Source: a bacterium
GTDB taxonomy: Bacteria; Patescibacteriota; WWE3; 2-01-FULL-39-13; JAACPI01
Length of the DNA stretch: 64,000 nucleotides
Direction of reading: 5' to 3'
NCBI GenBank assembly: GCA_009995545.1
Contig: JAACPI010000002.1
Span: 78,316 to 142,315 of the forward strand
Position numbers and translations under genes: made by a program. Under the pieces are notes generated by a model. It searched no databases. It saw nothing but the letters and a program-made list of their open reading frames with translations, and was not told the DNA's origin. Positions 1-8,956 of the stretch are shown here, in pieces. The first letter of the stretch is position 1; each line of letters begins with the position of its first letter.

Positions 1-227
1 GAACCCAATATTTTGTCTAGCTCTTTTATAGACTTATCCAGCTCCTTAGAAGAAACGAGTCTGCGTTTAAACTCTATTATATGAGGAGAATAAGACTTTT
101 TAAACTTTTCTAAGTCTTTTAAAAACTTGAGCTTTTTTTTCTCATCGTTAAAGGTATCGTATAGAAAAAATGAAGTAAAGCCTAATAAAAACCCCAGGAT
201 AATACTGGACTCACTTTTTTTTGACAT
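1..227 (-). CDS. Partial (runs off window start) small N-terminally membrane-anchored coiled-coil protein, YtxH/DUF948-like; not in supplied ORF track because it has no stop in window
   Basis: Reverse-strand ATG at 227..225, open to position 1. Translation MSKKSESSIILGFLLGFTSFFLYDTFNDEKKKLKFLKDLEKFKK... has one N-terminal TM then a K/E-rich helix. Overlaps the stop of the next gene by 17 nt. Confidence 0.3.
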   Translation of the reverse strand, partial: MSKKSESSIILGFLLGFTSFFLYDTFNDEKKKLKFLKDLEKFKKSYSPHIIEFKRRLVSSKELDKSIKELDKILG

Positions 228-453
228 TGCTAAAGTTTCGGTAAATTTCTAAACCTGTTTTAATAATTAAAGGTAGAGATACTAAAGAACCAGAAAAGTC
301 CTTTATAGCTTTGTGGCTTTCATCAAAAAAGCGATTTGCAGTTTTTAGCATACCTCTAACATCTCTAATTACTATTACAACGTAGACCCCTACTATTAAC
401 AAGTTTAAAGCCAAAAGTAAAAGAACTATCTGTAAAATAAGCTGTAAGTCCAT
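211..453 (-). CDS. Small membrane-anchored protein (N-terminal TM helix + charged helix), DUF948-like hypothetical
   Basis: 80 aa: LQIVLLLLALNLLIVGVYVVIVI TM followed by a charged tail. Tandem with a similar partial ORF at 1..227. Confidence 0.35.
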   Translation of the reverse strand: MDLQLILQIVLLLLALNLLIVGVYVVIVIRDVRGMLKTANRFFDESHKAIKDFSGSLVSLPLIIKTGLEIYRNFSNVKKK

Positions 454-572
454 AAAGTTTATATAAATTACTCTATACTCTTATAATAGATTATTATTGG
501 GTAATTATCTAATCGGTATTTATAAAAACCCTAGACAGCCGAAGAAATATAGCATTAAGCGCTAGCAAAACT

Positions 573-914
573 TTACTGCTTTTTAATCTGTGCTAGTAGC
601 TCTGATTTGAGCTGGTCTTTGGATCGTAGGCCTATAAATTCTCCAACAACTTTACCTTTATTAAATAGTTTCATATTAGGTATACTTTGGATCTTATATT
701 CGAAAGCTAGAGGCTGATTCTCCTCAACTTCTGTATCTACTTTGCCAATCTCTAATTTGTCTTTTAAATCAGGGTCGTTTGATAATTCATCCAAAACAGG
801 AGCCATCATCCTGCAGGGCATACACCAGGGCGCCCAAAAATCAACCAGAACATATTTGTCTGAACTTAATACTTTTTCTGAAAAATCCTTTGCTGTTATA
901 TCATGTGTGGCCAT
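573..914 (-). CDS. trxA: Thioredoxin (active site WCMPC variant)
   Basis: 113 aa. FWAPWCMPCRMMAPVLDEL thioredoxin-fold active-site motif; length and C-terminal pattern typical of Trx. Confidence 0.85.
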   Translation of the reverse strand: MATHDITAKDFSEKVLSSDKYVLVDFWAPWCMPCRMMAPVLDELSNDPDLKDKLEIGKVDTEVEENQPLAFEYKIQSIPNMKLFNKGKVVGEFIGLRSKDQLKSELLAQIKKQ

Positions 915-931
915 AGTTTTTTTATTAAAAA

Positions 932-1240
932 TTAATATTTTTTTAGATCTTCTACCAATTGCAAGATATCCTTACATAAAATAGATAACCTATTATCTAT
1001 AACTTTATAAACCTGATACTTGCCTTTTCTTTCACAAACTACTAATCCGGCTTTTCGCAGATAAGAGAGATGCTGAGATACTGCGGACTGAGAAAGACTG
1101 CAAACACTAAGCAATTCTGTAACGGTCTTATCAGATCTACCAAGACAAGCTAGTATTTTAACTCTTGTGATATTTCCAAGAGTTTTCGTAATTTTATTTT
1201 CTATAAATAACATATTAGCATATACTAATATGAATTGCAA
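932..1240 (-). CDS. ArsR/SmtB-family winged-helix transcriptional regulator (true start probably the internal Met at MLFIENK)
   Basis: RVKILACLGRSDKTVTELLSVCSLSQSAVSQHLSYLRKAGLV is a classic ArsR HTH recognition helix (SQSAVSQHL). Divergent from alaS. Confidence 0.7.
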   Translation of the reverse strand: MQFILVYANMLFIENKITKTLGNITRVKILACLGRSDKTVTELLSVCSLSQSAVSQHLSYLRKAGLVVCERKGKYQVYKVIDNRLSILCKDILQLVEDLKKY

Positions 1241-1306
1241 AATACAGTCGATTTTGTTTTAGATATAGTCATAGTCTAAAAATAACCCATCAAGTATAAT
1301 TGGCAC

Positions 1307-3121
1307 ATGGAAAAATTGAGCAGTAAAGAAATAAGAAATAGATTTCTTAAATTTTTTGAAAATAATCAACATAAAATAGTCACATCTAGTCCCCTGGTTT
1401 TAGAAAACCACCCCTCACTTTTGTTTGTAAACTCTGGAATGGTTCAATTTACCCCCTACTTTTTAGGTGAAAAAGACGCGGTCAAAGACTTTGGAAACAA
1501 AATGTTAGTAGATACCCAAAAATGTATACGAACCAACGATTTAGATATAGTAGGTAAAAGTAAATACCATCACACATTTTTCGAAATGTTAGGTAGCTGG
1601 GGTATCGGCGCATACAGCAAAGAAAAAGCAGTAGAACTAGCCTTTAATTTATTAACAAATGAAGAATATGGATTTGGTTTAGACCCAGGTAAATTTATAC
1701 CAACAGTTTTTGCTGGCAGTGATGAAGCACCAGCCGATGAAGACACAATTAAAGCTTGGAACAATCTTGGGGTAAAAAGAGTAAGTAGATTACCAGCTAG
1801 TGAAAATTGGTGGGCTCCAGGCGGCTTAACAGGTGTTGGCCCCTGCGGACCTTGCACGGAAGTGCTTTATGATAGAGGACCTACATTTGGAGATGAGGAA
1901 GAAACTCCCGGATTAACAGATAATCCAAGATATCTAGAAATATGGAATGCGGGCGTATTTATGCAATACAACAGACCTACAGTTGGGGGAAAACTAGAAA
2001 AATTAAAAATGCTTAGTGTAGACACCGGAGCAGGTTTGGAAAGAATTACAACACTGTTGCAGGGAGTGGACAGTAACTACGAAACAGACTTATTCTCACC
2101 AATTATAGAAAAAATACTAAGCCTATCCGATTTAGAGCTTAATAAAGAAGACGAAAATATAAAATTTGGTTTACAAAGAAGTGCAGATCATCTAAAAGCA
2201 TCTTGCTTTATTATAGTTGAAAACGTTTACCCTTCTAATAAGGACCAAGGGTTTGTACTTAGAAGAATGCTTAGAAGAGTTGTAGACGATTTTACTTGGA
2301 AGTTAAAAATAAATCCTATTAGAATAACCCAAATCATACCCGTTATTGTAGATTTATATAAGATACAATTTCCTGAAATCGACCAGCAAGACCTAATCAA
2401 AGAAGTCATAGAAACTGAATTAAGGGCTTACGAAAAAGTTGTAAATAACACAAGAAACTACATAAAAAGAACTTATGTAAGTAAGAGCCGGGAAATAGAA
2501 AATCCCTTTGACGTGTATCAGAGCACGGGCTCGAGTAAAGAACTAATAGAAGATCTGGCAAAGGAATTTAATTTAAAAACAGATTTTAGTAACTTTGATG
2601 CAAGATTAAAGAAACACCAAGAACTATCAAAAGGCAGCGATCAAAGATTTAAGGGAGGGTTAGCTAATACAGGAGTAGAAGAAACTAAGTTACACACAAC
2701 GACTCACCTACTTCACAAGGCTCTTAGAGATACCTTGGGGGAACATGTACAGCAAATGGGAAGTAATATTAATCCTCAAAGGTTACGTTTTGACTTTTCT
2801 CATAACGAAAAAATGACCAGGGATCAAATTAAAAAAGTTGAGGGCATTATTAACGAAAAAATTAAGCAAACGTTACCTGTTGTTAGGGTAGAAATGTCTA
2901 AATCTGAGGCCGAAAAAAGTGGGGCTCTACATTTTTTTAAAGATAAATACGGTGATACAGTAAGTATTTATTTTATCGGAAAGGATATCAATAGTGCCTA
3001 CAGTAAAGAGTTTTGTGGGGGGCCACATGTTAAAAACACCAGTGAAATTGGAAAAGTAAGATTAGTTAAAGAAGAAGGAGTAGGAAAAGGTGTAAGAAGA
3101 ATTAGAGCAGAACTAAATTAG
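1307..3121 (+). CDS. alaS: Alanyl-tRNA synthetase, short form (catalytic + editing domains, no C-terminal C-Ala domain)
   Basis: 604 aa. Class II AlaRS motifs FEMLGSWGIGAYSKE, WWAPGGLTGVGPCGPCTEV, VDTGAGLERI. Editing-domain HxxxH (HTTTHLLHKAL) and CGGPHV. Confidence 0.9.
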   Translation: MEKLSSKEIRNRFLKFFENNQHKIVTSSPLVLENHPSLLFVNSGMVQFTPYFLGEKDAVKDFGNKMLVDTQKCIRTNDLDIVGKSKYHHTFFEMLGSWGIGAYSKEKAVELAFNLLTNEEYGFGLDPGKFIPTVFAGSDEAPADEDTIKAWNNLGVKRVSRLPASENWWAPGGLTGVGPCGPCTEVLYDRGPTFGDEEETPGLTDNPRYLEIWNAGVFMQYNRPTVGGKLEKLKMLSVDTGAGLERITTLLQGVDSNYETDLFSPIIEKILSLSDLELNKEDENIKFGLQRSADHLKASCFIIVENVYPSNKDQGFVLRRMLRRVVDDFTWKLKINPIRITQIIPVIVDLYKIQFPEIDQQDLIKEVIETELRAYEKVVNNTRNYIKRTYVSKSREIENPFDVYQSTGSSKELIEDLAKEFNLKTDFSNFDARLKKHQELSKGSDQRFKGGLANTGVEETKLHTTTHLLHKALRDTLGEHVQQMGSNINPQRLRFDFSHNEKMTRDQIKKVEGIINEKIKQTLPVVRVEMSKSEAEKSGALHFFKDKYGDTVSIYFIGKDINSAYSKEFCGGPHVKNTSEIGKVRLVKEEGVGKGVRRIRAELN

Positions 3122-3172
3122 CCAGGGTTACTACACTCAACTTTATTCACCATATAATGTAGAATATAATTA

Positions 3173-4309
3173 ATGATTTCTATGCCCAACTGGAAAAAAA
3201 CAAAAGCTGAGGAAACTGAACTTTACAACCTAATCTATATAGGAACAAAAGGAGTAGATTACGGTTTGTGTGAGATAATAAAAGGTAAAGCAAACATTAT
3301 AGACTTTGAATCCTCGTTCTTTAAAGATTTTGTAGTTTCAGACATCCCCAGCTCTAAAATAGAAGAAATTAGAGATTCTATAGACAAGTTACTAACTAAA
3401 AGTAAAGAAAGAACTGGAAAACAAACCAAGCAGACACTTTTGGGAATACCGGCACTATACACACTAAACCAAACTACTACTTTAAGAATTAAGCGAGATA
3501 ACCCATCCGAAAAAGTATCAAAAAAAGAATTAGAAGAAATAAATATTAGAATCTTAGCAAATTCTAAATTAGAGGCCGAAAAAAAACTAAACACAAATCA
3601 AGATTCTGACTTAGAAATAGTTAATTCTGATTTCTCATTCATAAAATTAGATGGGTACCTAACAAAGGACATCGAAGGTATGAGAGGTAGTATTTTAGAA
3701 ATATCTCAATTTAGCAGCTTTAGTAGCAAACAGTACCTAAACAATTTAGTGGCGTTAGCGCAATCTTTAAGATTATCTTTAGTCACGGTCACTTCCAGCA
3801 CTTACTCTTTAGTTAAATATATAAAAGAAAAAACCAAATTAGAAAACTACATGCTTATCAACTTTGGAGGACACACAACAGATGTTGGAATAGTCTTTGG
3901 AGGAGAGCTAATAAATACTTCAAGCATTAGAATAGGAACCGAAAGCTTAGTCAGCTACATATCAGAAAAAACAGAAAAAGATCGCGAAAGAGTTATAGAA
4001 GCACTTCTTAAAAATGAACCCGACCCCTCTGAAGTAGAAGTATTACAAAAGACTTTCGAAGATTTCTGGTTAGAAAGCCTACTAAAGAGTTTAGACTCCA
4101 TAGAAGGAATAAAGATATACCCAAATTTAATTATGATTTACGGAGATGAACAACTTTCTATAGATAAAAATAGAATTTTAGCTCAATTGGAAAAATTAAA
4201 GTTTAAAGAGACTCCAGAAATTCACAGCCTGAAAGAAAAAATAGATTTAGTGGGCGAGTACCCAGTCATACTAAAAAGTCTAGCGAATTTTATGCAGAAC
4301 TTAAAATGA
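3173..4309 (+). CDS. Actin-fold ATPase of the FtsA/PilM family
   Basis: 378 aa. N-terminal phosphate-1 like LIYIGTKGVDYGL. Central INFGGHTTDVGIVFGGELINTSSIRIGTESL matches the FtsA/PilM 'DxGggtTdiavf..g....s.piGG' adenosine/phosphate-2 block. Stop overlaps the start of the next gene (ATGA). Confidence 0.45.
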   Translation: MISMPNWKKTKAEETELYNLIYIGTKGVDYGLCEIIKGKANIIDFESSFFKDFVVSDIPSSKIEEIRDSIDKLLTKSKERTGKQTKQTLLGIPALYTLNQTTTLRIKRDNPSEKVSKKELEEINIRILANSKLEAEKKLNTNQDSDLEIVNSDFSFIKLDGYLTKDIEGMRGSILEISQFSSFSSKQYLNNLVALAQSLRLSLVTVTSSTYSLVKYIKEKTKLENYMLINFGGHTTDVGIVFGGELINTSSIRIGTESLVSYISEKTEKDRERVIEALLKNEPDPSEVEVLQKTFEDFWLESLLKSLDSIEGIKIYPNLIMIYGDEQLSIDKNRILAQLEKLKFKETPEIHSLKEKIDLVGEYPVILKSLANFMQNLK

Positions 4310-5859
4310 ACAAAATAATTAAAATTGATACAGCTAATACTGATCTTGGAAAAATATTTGCGGATATAGACCAAACGGAATCTAAAGAGATCCGAATTAT
4401 CTACGACAGTGAAATAAACAATCTTTTCTCTTCTAATGACATAACCTTAATAGAAGACTATGCTAAAAAACAAGGCAAGGAAGTAAAATTTTTGAATTCA
4501 GAAAAGGTTGAAAAATCGGGGTTTGTCATTGGTTCAGATGTAAACGAAAAACCAGTTACTCAAAATAGTAATAACCCAATAACTAACAAAAAACCAATGA
4601 AACTTAACGCAAATATGCCTAAAGTAAAGTTTGGTGCAGTACTTTTAGTAATATTATTAGTAATATCCGCTTTTTTTGCCGCTGGATTTTATTTTTTTAA
4701 CAAAAGCTACCCAAAAGCTCAGGTTTTTTTGGATATAAAATCACAAGTTTATACGGGAACGCAAGATACAAGGATAATACTTGATCAAGAAAATGTGGAT
4801 ACCCAAACCGACTCAATACCTGGAAAAACTATAAGTGCTGAGGCAAACCAGGAAATTATCGTTATACCTACCGGAGAAAAAGAAATTGGGGAAAAAGCGG
4901 CGGGGCAGCTTAAAATCTATAACAAAACTAGCGATGACAAAACAATTAAAAAAGGAACAGAAGTTAGTATTTCGGCTGAATCAGATAAACAGTATATTTT
5001 TTACACAACTGAGGAGGTAAAAGTAGATAAAAAAACAGTTGAAGAAACAGTTACTGACACTGCTGGAGAGATTAAAAAAGCAGATGTCTATGGCAGTGCA
5101 AAATTAAAAATTGAGGCCTCAGAAATAGGAGCAGACTTTAACATCGATAAAGACAAAGTTAAAAGTATAAAGGTAGGAGATTACGATAAAGACGGTGAAA
5201 TTACAGCAGAAATAGATACAACGCCAGTTGGTGGAGACAGTAAAAAAGTAACTGTTGTTAATCAAAAAGACTTAGATGATCTAAAAGATAAACTTACGGA
5301 AAAAGCAAAAGGTAAGGCCGAAGATAATCTAAAACAAAAAGTTGAAGAAGGTTTTGAAATTCTACAAGGTGCGTTAGATGTTAACGTAACTAGCCTAACC
5401 TATGACAAAAAAGCAGACGAAGAAGCTGAAAAAATTATTGGTAATATAACAATCAAAGCCACAACCTTAACATACAAATCTGCAGATTTAAGAGAAGTTT
5501 TAGCAGATAAAGTTAAGGGGCTAGTACCCGGCAATTTCTCTGTGGTCTCAGGTAACGATAACTTAATAGTTACAAGCTCCAGCAAGGAGCTAAAATACAA
5601 CGAAACAACCGGAGTTTTAGAAAGCATTGTGGTTAGTAATAAGGTACAAAGTTCCGTTGCACCAAAGATTAAAGCAGAAGATATTGCAGCAGACATTGCA
5701 GGTAAACAAATAGAAGACGCTCAAAAATATTTGTCGGAGATAGCTAATATTACGGGAGCAAAAATAGTTATTAGCCCTAATATACCAATTTTTAACAAAC
5801 ACTTACCCAACAAAAATAAAATTGACGTAGAAATAAGTATAACGGATGGGACAGAGTAA
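4306..5859 (+). CDS. Bitopic membrane protein: ~100-aa cytoplasmic N-domain, single TM, ~390-aa K/E/D/T-rich extracellular domain; hypothetical partner of the actin-fold ATPase
   Basis: 517 aa. TM FGAVLLVILLVISAFFAAGFYFF at ~aa 108-130. Downstream domain is low-complexity and charged with repeated KxxK/E-V-T beta-like segments. Translationally coupled to upstream gene. Confidence 0.4.
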   Translation: MNKIIKIDTANTDLGKIFADIDQTESKEIRIIYDSEINNLFSSNDITLIEDYAKKQGKEVKFLNSEKVEKSGFVIGSDVNEKPVTQNSNNPITNKKPMKLNANMPKVKFGAVLLVILLVISAFFAAGFYFFNKSYPKAQVFLDIKSQVYTGTQDTRIILDQENVDTQTDSIPGKTISAEANQEIIVIPTGEKEIGEKAAGQLKIYNKTSDDKTIKKGTEVSISAESDKQYIFYTTEEVKVDKKTVEETVTDTAGEIKKADVYGSAKLKIEASEIGADFNIDKDKVKSIKVGDYDKDGEITAEIDTTPVGGDSKKVTVVNQKDLDDLKDKLTEKAKGKAEDNLKQKVEEGFEILQGALDVNVTSLTYDKKADEEAEKIIGNITIKATTLTYKSADLREVLADKVKGLVPGNFSVVSGNDNLIVTSSSKELKYNETTGVLESIVVSNKVQSSVAPKIKAEDIAADIAGKQIEDAQKYLSEIANITGAKIVISPNIPIFNKHLPNKNKIDVEISITDGTE

Positions 5860-5887
5860 CTTTTAAGTTTTAAGAAATTTAAAAAGC

Positions 5888-6280
5888 TTAATTAGAATCC
5901 CAAAACCTTTCTAAAATTTTGGCAGCACTTGTAGAGTGAATCTTCTTTTTTATTTTTTTTATATCTGAGTGCTTGGTGAACATTTCACTAAAAGATTCTT
6001 TACTCGTACCACTCTCATCTACCTTATGTATCGGGATAGAAAAATTATCTTCTAGGTAACTAATAAATTTTTCGGTTTTCTTCTGTTGCTTAGAGTTTGA
6101 GTGTATAGGAAGACCTACAACTATTGCTTCTATATTTTCCGTGATTATTAATTCTTTAATTTTGGATAGTAAAAAATCTAAGCTAGATGTGTGAATAGGC
6201 GGTAACTCTAATATGCTCGGTAAGTCCCCCAAAGCAACACCGGTGTGCTTATCACCGTAGTCTAAAGAAAGAATTCTCAT
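5888..6280 (-). CDS. ruvX: Holliday-junction resolvase-like RNase H-fold nuclease YqgF/RuvX
   Basis: 130 aa. MRILSLDYGDKHTGVALGD matches the RuvX N-terminal 'lGlDyGtkriGvA' motif. Overlaps the upstream gene by 4 nt. Confidence 0.8.
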   Translation of the reverse strand: MRILSLDYGDKHTGVALGDLPSILELPPIHTSSLDFLLSKIKELIITENIEAIVVGLPIHSNSKQQKKTEKFISYLEDNFSIPIHKVDESGTSKESFSEMFTKHSDIKKIKKKIHSTSAAKILERFWDSN

Positions 6281-7221
6281 AAAGTCTGTAAGTAACCGTT
6301 TAGTAACTCCTTTACGTCAGCAAACCGGTCGTTACTACCCATTACAATAACAATTAACTTGTTACCTAAATTTTCGTAGCCAAAAACTAAGCACTCCCCT
6401 GCATTACTAGTGTAACCTGTTTTGTAGCCCACTGTTCCAGGTAAATCAAAAAGTAAAGAATTAGTATTATTTATTGCGTAATTTTGCCCGTCTAAAGATC
6501 TTAAAACGTAGGACCTAGTACCCATTATTATTTTTAATTTTTCAATCTCGAGTACCTTTTTAATTAAAATCAGTAAATCTTTACTGCTAGAAAAGTGCCC
6601 GGGCTCATCCAAACCAATTTCATTTTTATAAAAGGTATTCTTCAATTTAATATCGGTAGCCTGATTATTCATCTCCTTTATAAACTCTTGTCTACCTCCT
6701 GGAAAGTTAGCAGCCAAAACACAAGCTGCATCACTGCCACTTCTAAGCATTAAACCATAAAATAAGTCCTCTACATAAAATCTTTCACCTGCTTTAAAAC
6801 CAACATTACTGCCTTCTAAAGTTACACATTCTGCAGGTACAGCTAAAACAGTATCTAAAGAGTAAGTATTAAATGCCAGGTAGGCCGTCATTAGCTTTGT
6901 AGTGCTAGCATTAGGGAGTTGGGTATCTATATCTTTTCCATAAAGTATTTGGCTACTATTTTTATCGTATATCAAATAACTTTTAGAAGTAAAAGCGGAG
7001 CTGACTGAAAATTCCCTATTTAGATAATCGGTTTTATCTCCTTGAGGTTTGTCACTATCTATCTTTTTAGGTTCTAATACAGTTAAAGGTTCTGCAGATT
7101 TTTGCTGAATTGTTCTTTGTAAAAAATAGCTATTAAAACCAAAGGAGAGACCCATTAAAAATAAACCTAAAAAAATAAAAACCGTACTAGTTGTTTTCAA
7201 CTTTTTATGATTATTGGGCAT
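6277..7221 (-). CDS. D-alanyl-D-alanine carboxypeptidase (serine peptidase S11, PBP5/6-like) with N-terminal membrane anchor
   Basis: SxxK (ASTTKLMT), SxN-like (RSGSDAA) and KTG (YKTGYTSNAG) motifs in the correct order. N-terminal TM. Confidence 0.75.
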   Translation of the reverse strand: MPNNHKKLKTTSTVFIFLGLFLMGLSFGFNSYFLQRTIQQKSAEPLTVLEPKKIDSDKPQGDKTDYLNREFSVSSAFTSKSYLIYDKNSSQILYGKDIDTQLPNASTTKLMTAYLAFNTYSLDTVLAVPAECVTLEGSNVGFKAGERFYVEDLFYGLMLRSGSDAACVLAANFPGGRQEFIKEMNNQATDIKLKNTFYKNEIGLDEPGHFSSSKDLLILIKKVLEIEKLKIIMGTRSYVLRSLDGQNYAINNTNSLLFDLPGTVGYKTGYTSNAGECLVFGYENLGNKLIVIVMGSNDRFADVKELLNGYLQTL

Positions 7222-7228
7222 ACTTTAA

Positions 7229-8635
7229 CTAAACTGTTTTAATTCCTAACTCTTTCAGCTGTGCGTCTGTAACATCATTTGGAGCATCCATAACAGCTGT
7301 TCTACCTTTAGTGCTAGAGGGGAAAGCCATTAATTCTCTAAGACTAGGCTCACCAAATAGTACCATTAAAAATCTATCTAAACCTGGTGCAATGCCGCCA
7401 TGAGGGGGGACTCCATAAGTAAATGCTTTTAACATATGTGTAAACTGTTCTTTTTGCTCCTTAGAAAAACCGATTAAATCAAATATTTTGCTCTGAACTT
7501 CAGCACTATGAATTCTAATGCTTCCCCCGCCAACCTCAAAACCGTTTAGTACCATGTCGTGCTGTAAGCCCCTTGCTTTTGTAGGGTCAGTATCTAATAG
7601 CTTAATGTCATCTGGGTGAGGAGAGGTAAACATATGGTGGGAAGGTGCAAATTTAGCACTCCCAGAACCGTGAAAAAAATCTTCCTCGGACTGCTCTGCA
7701 AATAAGGGAAAATCTATAACCCACGCAAAAGCCATTTCGTTAGGATCATTTTTGTCTTTTCTTAAATCGGGTTTATCTGTACCGTACTTTTTTATAGCTT
7801 CTTTGTAGGGTATTCTAGGCCAAGGTTTTTGCTGTATCTTTTTTTCTGGAAAAAGATCTTCGACCATTTTTGTAAACATTGTTTCTGTTAAATCTAAAAT
7901 ATCGTTTTGTTCTACAAAAGACATTTCTAGATCGAGTTGGGTAAATTCCCCATAAGCCCTATCAGCCCTTGCGTCCTCGTCTCTAAAACATTTAGCAAAT
8001 TGAAAATATTTTTCAAAACCTGCTACCATTAATAACTGCTTATACTGTTGTGGGCTTTGGGGTAGGGCATAAAAACTTCCCTGGTGTAGTCTCGAGGGAA
8101 CTAAAAAGTCTCGAGCACCTTCAGGTGTAGATTTAGTTAACATCGGAGTCTCTATTTCACAAAAACCTTCTTTATGAAGGTAGGTTCTAATATATTGAGC
8201 AGCCTTACTTCTGTTTCGCATGTTTGCAGCCATCCTAGGCCTTCGTAAATCTAAGTATCTGTACTCTAACCTGGTTTCTTCTTTGATATCTAACCCATCT
8301 GTGTTTATAGGAATAGGAAGCTCTGCTGCGGTATTTAAAACTTCTACATCGGTAGGGTCGACTTCAACAGAGCCGGTAGGTATATTTTCATTGTTTTGGC
8401 CCTTGTTACGCTCTTTAACACTGCCCTTAATTTTTACAACATATTCATTTCCTAATTCTTTAAGTTTTGCGTAGTTTTCACCATAAAAAACAACCTGAAC
8501 AATACCTGTTTTATCTCTTAAATCAATAAAACCAACTTTTCCGTGGTCTCGTATAGTATCTACCCAACCAAAAAGGGTAACTTCTTTTCCAATATGTTCG
8601 GGTGTGTTTATAATTTCAGTTCTATTTTTTAGCAT
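7229..8635 (-). CDS. aspS: Aspartyl-tRNA synthetase, short archaeal/eukaryal-type (no GAD insertion domain)
   Basis: 468 aa. OB-fold N-terminus (FIDLRDKTGIVQVV). Class II motifs QSPQQYKQLLMVAGFEKYFQFAKCFRDEDARADR..EFTQLDLEMSF, GGGSIRIH, PPHGGIAPGLDRFLM. Confidence 0.85.
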   Translation of the reverse strand: MLKNRTEIINTPEHIGKEVTLFGWVDTIRDHGKVGFIDLRDKTGIVQVVFYGENYAKLKELGNEYVVKIKGSVKERNKGQNNENIPTGSVEVDPTDVEVLNTAAELPIPINTDGLDIKEETRLEYRYLDLRRPRMAANMRNRSKAAQYIRTYLHKEGFCEIETPMLTKSTPEGARDFLVPSRLHQGSFYALPQSPQQYKQLLMVAGFEKYFQFAKCFRDEDARADRAYGEFTQLDLEMSFVEQNDILDLTETMFTKMVEDLFPEKKIQQKPWPRIPYKEAIKKYGTDKPDLRKDKNDPNEMAFAWVIDFPLFAEQSEEDFFHGSGSAKFAPSHHMFTSPHPDDIKLLDTDPTKARGLQHDMVLNGFEVGGGSIRIHSAEVQSKIFDLIGFSKEQKEQFTHMLKAFTYGVPPHGGIAPGLDRFLMVLFGEPSLRELMAFPSSTKGRTAVMDAPNDVTDAQLKELGIKTV

Positions 8636-8832
8636 GCGCTAATTTTATTACTACAAAGGCAAAAACTCAACAGGTTGGGAAAAATGATAGAGTATGTTGT
8701 ATAGGGTATATAGGATTTAGATCTTGCTTGTCATTGCTAGCGCAGCGCGGCAATCTAATTATTTTCAACCTAACTACAAAAAAAAATCACCAATCCTCCA
8801 CCATCTAAAAAAGGACGGAAGCAGTACTAAGG

Positions 8833-8841
8833 CCCCCCCCC
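8833..8841. repeat. C9 homopolymer tract (G9 on minus strand) in a 321-nt ORF-free spacer
   Basis: Read directly: ...aaggcccccccccctag... In a ~30% GC intergenic region. Candidate slipped-strand tract. Confidence 0.9.
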
Positions 8842-8956
8842 TAGTTATAACAGAAAACAAACCATAGAAAGACAAAATTTTACGAGCGTGTATTTTAGCT
8901 CAACAAGGGTAGGATCAATTATTTGCAGAATTTTAGTAGTATATACTAAGTATATA

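Noticed and set aside
1570-2409. ORFs 1570..1857(-) and 2227..2409(-) inside alaS; 3259..3594(-) inside the FtsA-like gene; 4835..5020(+), 5400..5696(-), 5617..5802(-) inside the 517-aa gene
   Set aside because: Each is fully nested in a longer ORF with clear homology or a coherent product. They have no motif support.
8636-8956. SRP (4.5S) RNA call for the spacer upstream of aspS
   Set aside because: Only a 9-mer (CGGAAGCAG) plus a C-rich 3' run resemble SRP RNA. No complementary 5' G-rich strand or helix-8 tetraloop context is visible. Kept only as a low-priority finding, not annotated as a feature.
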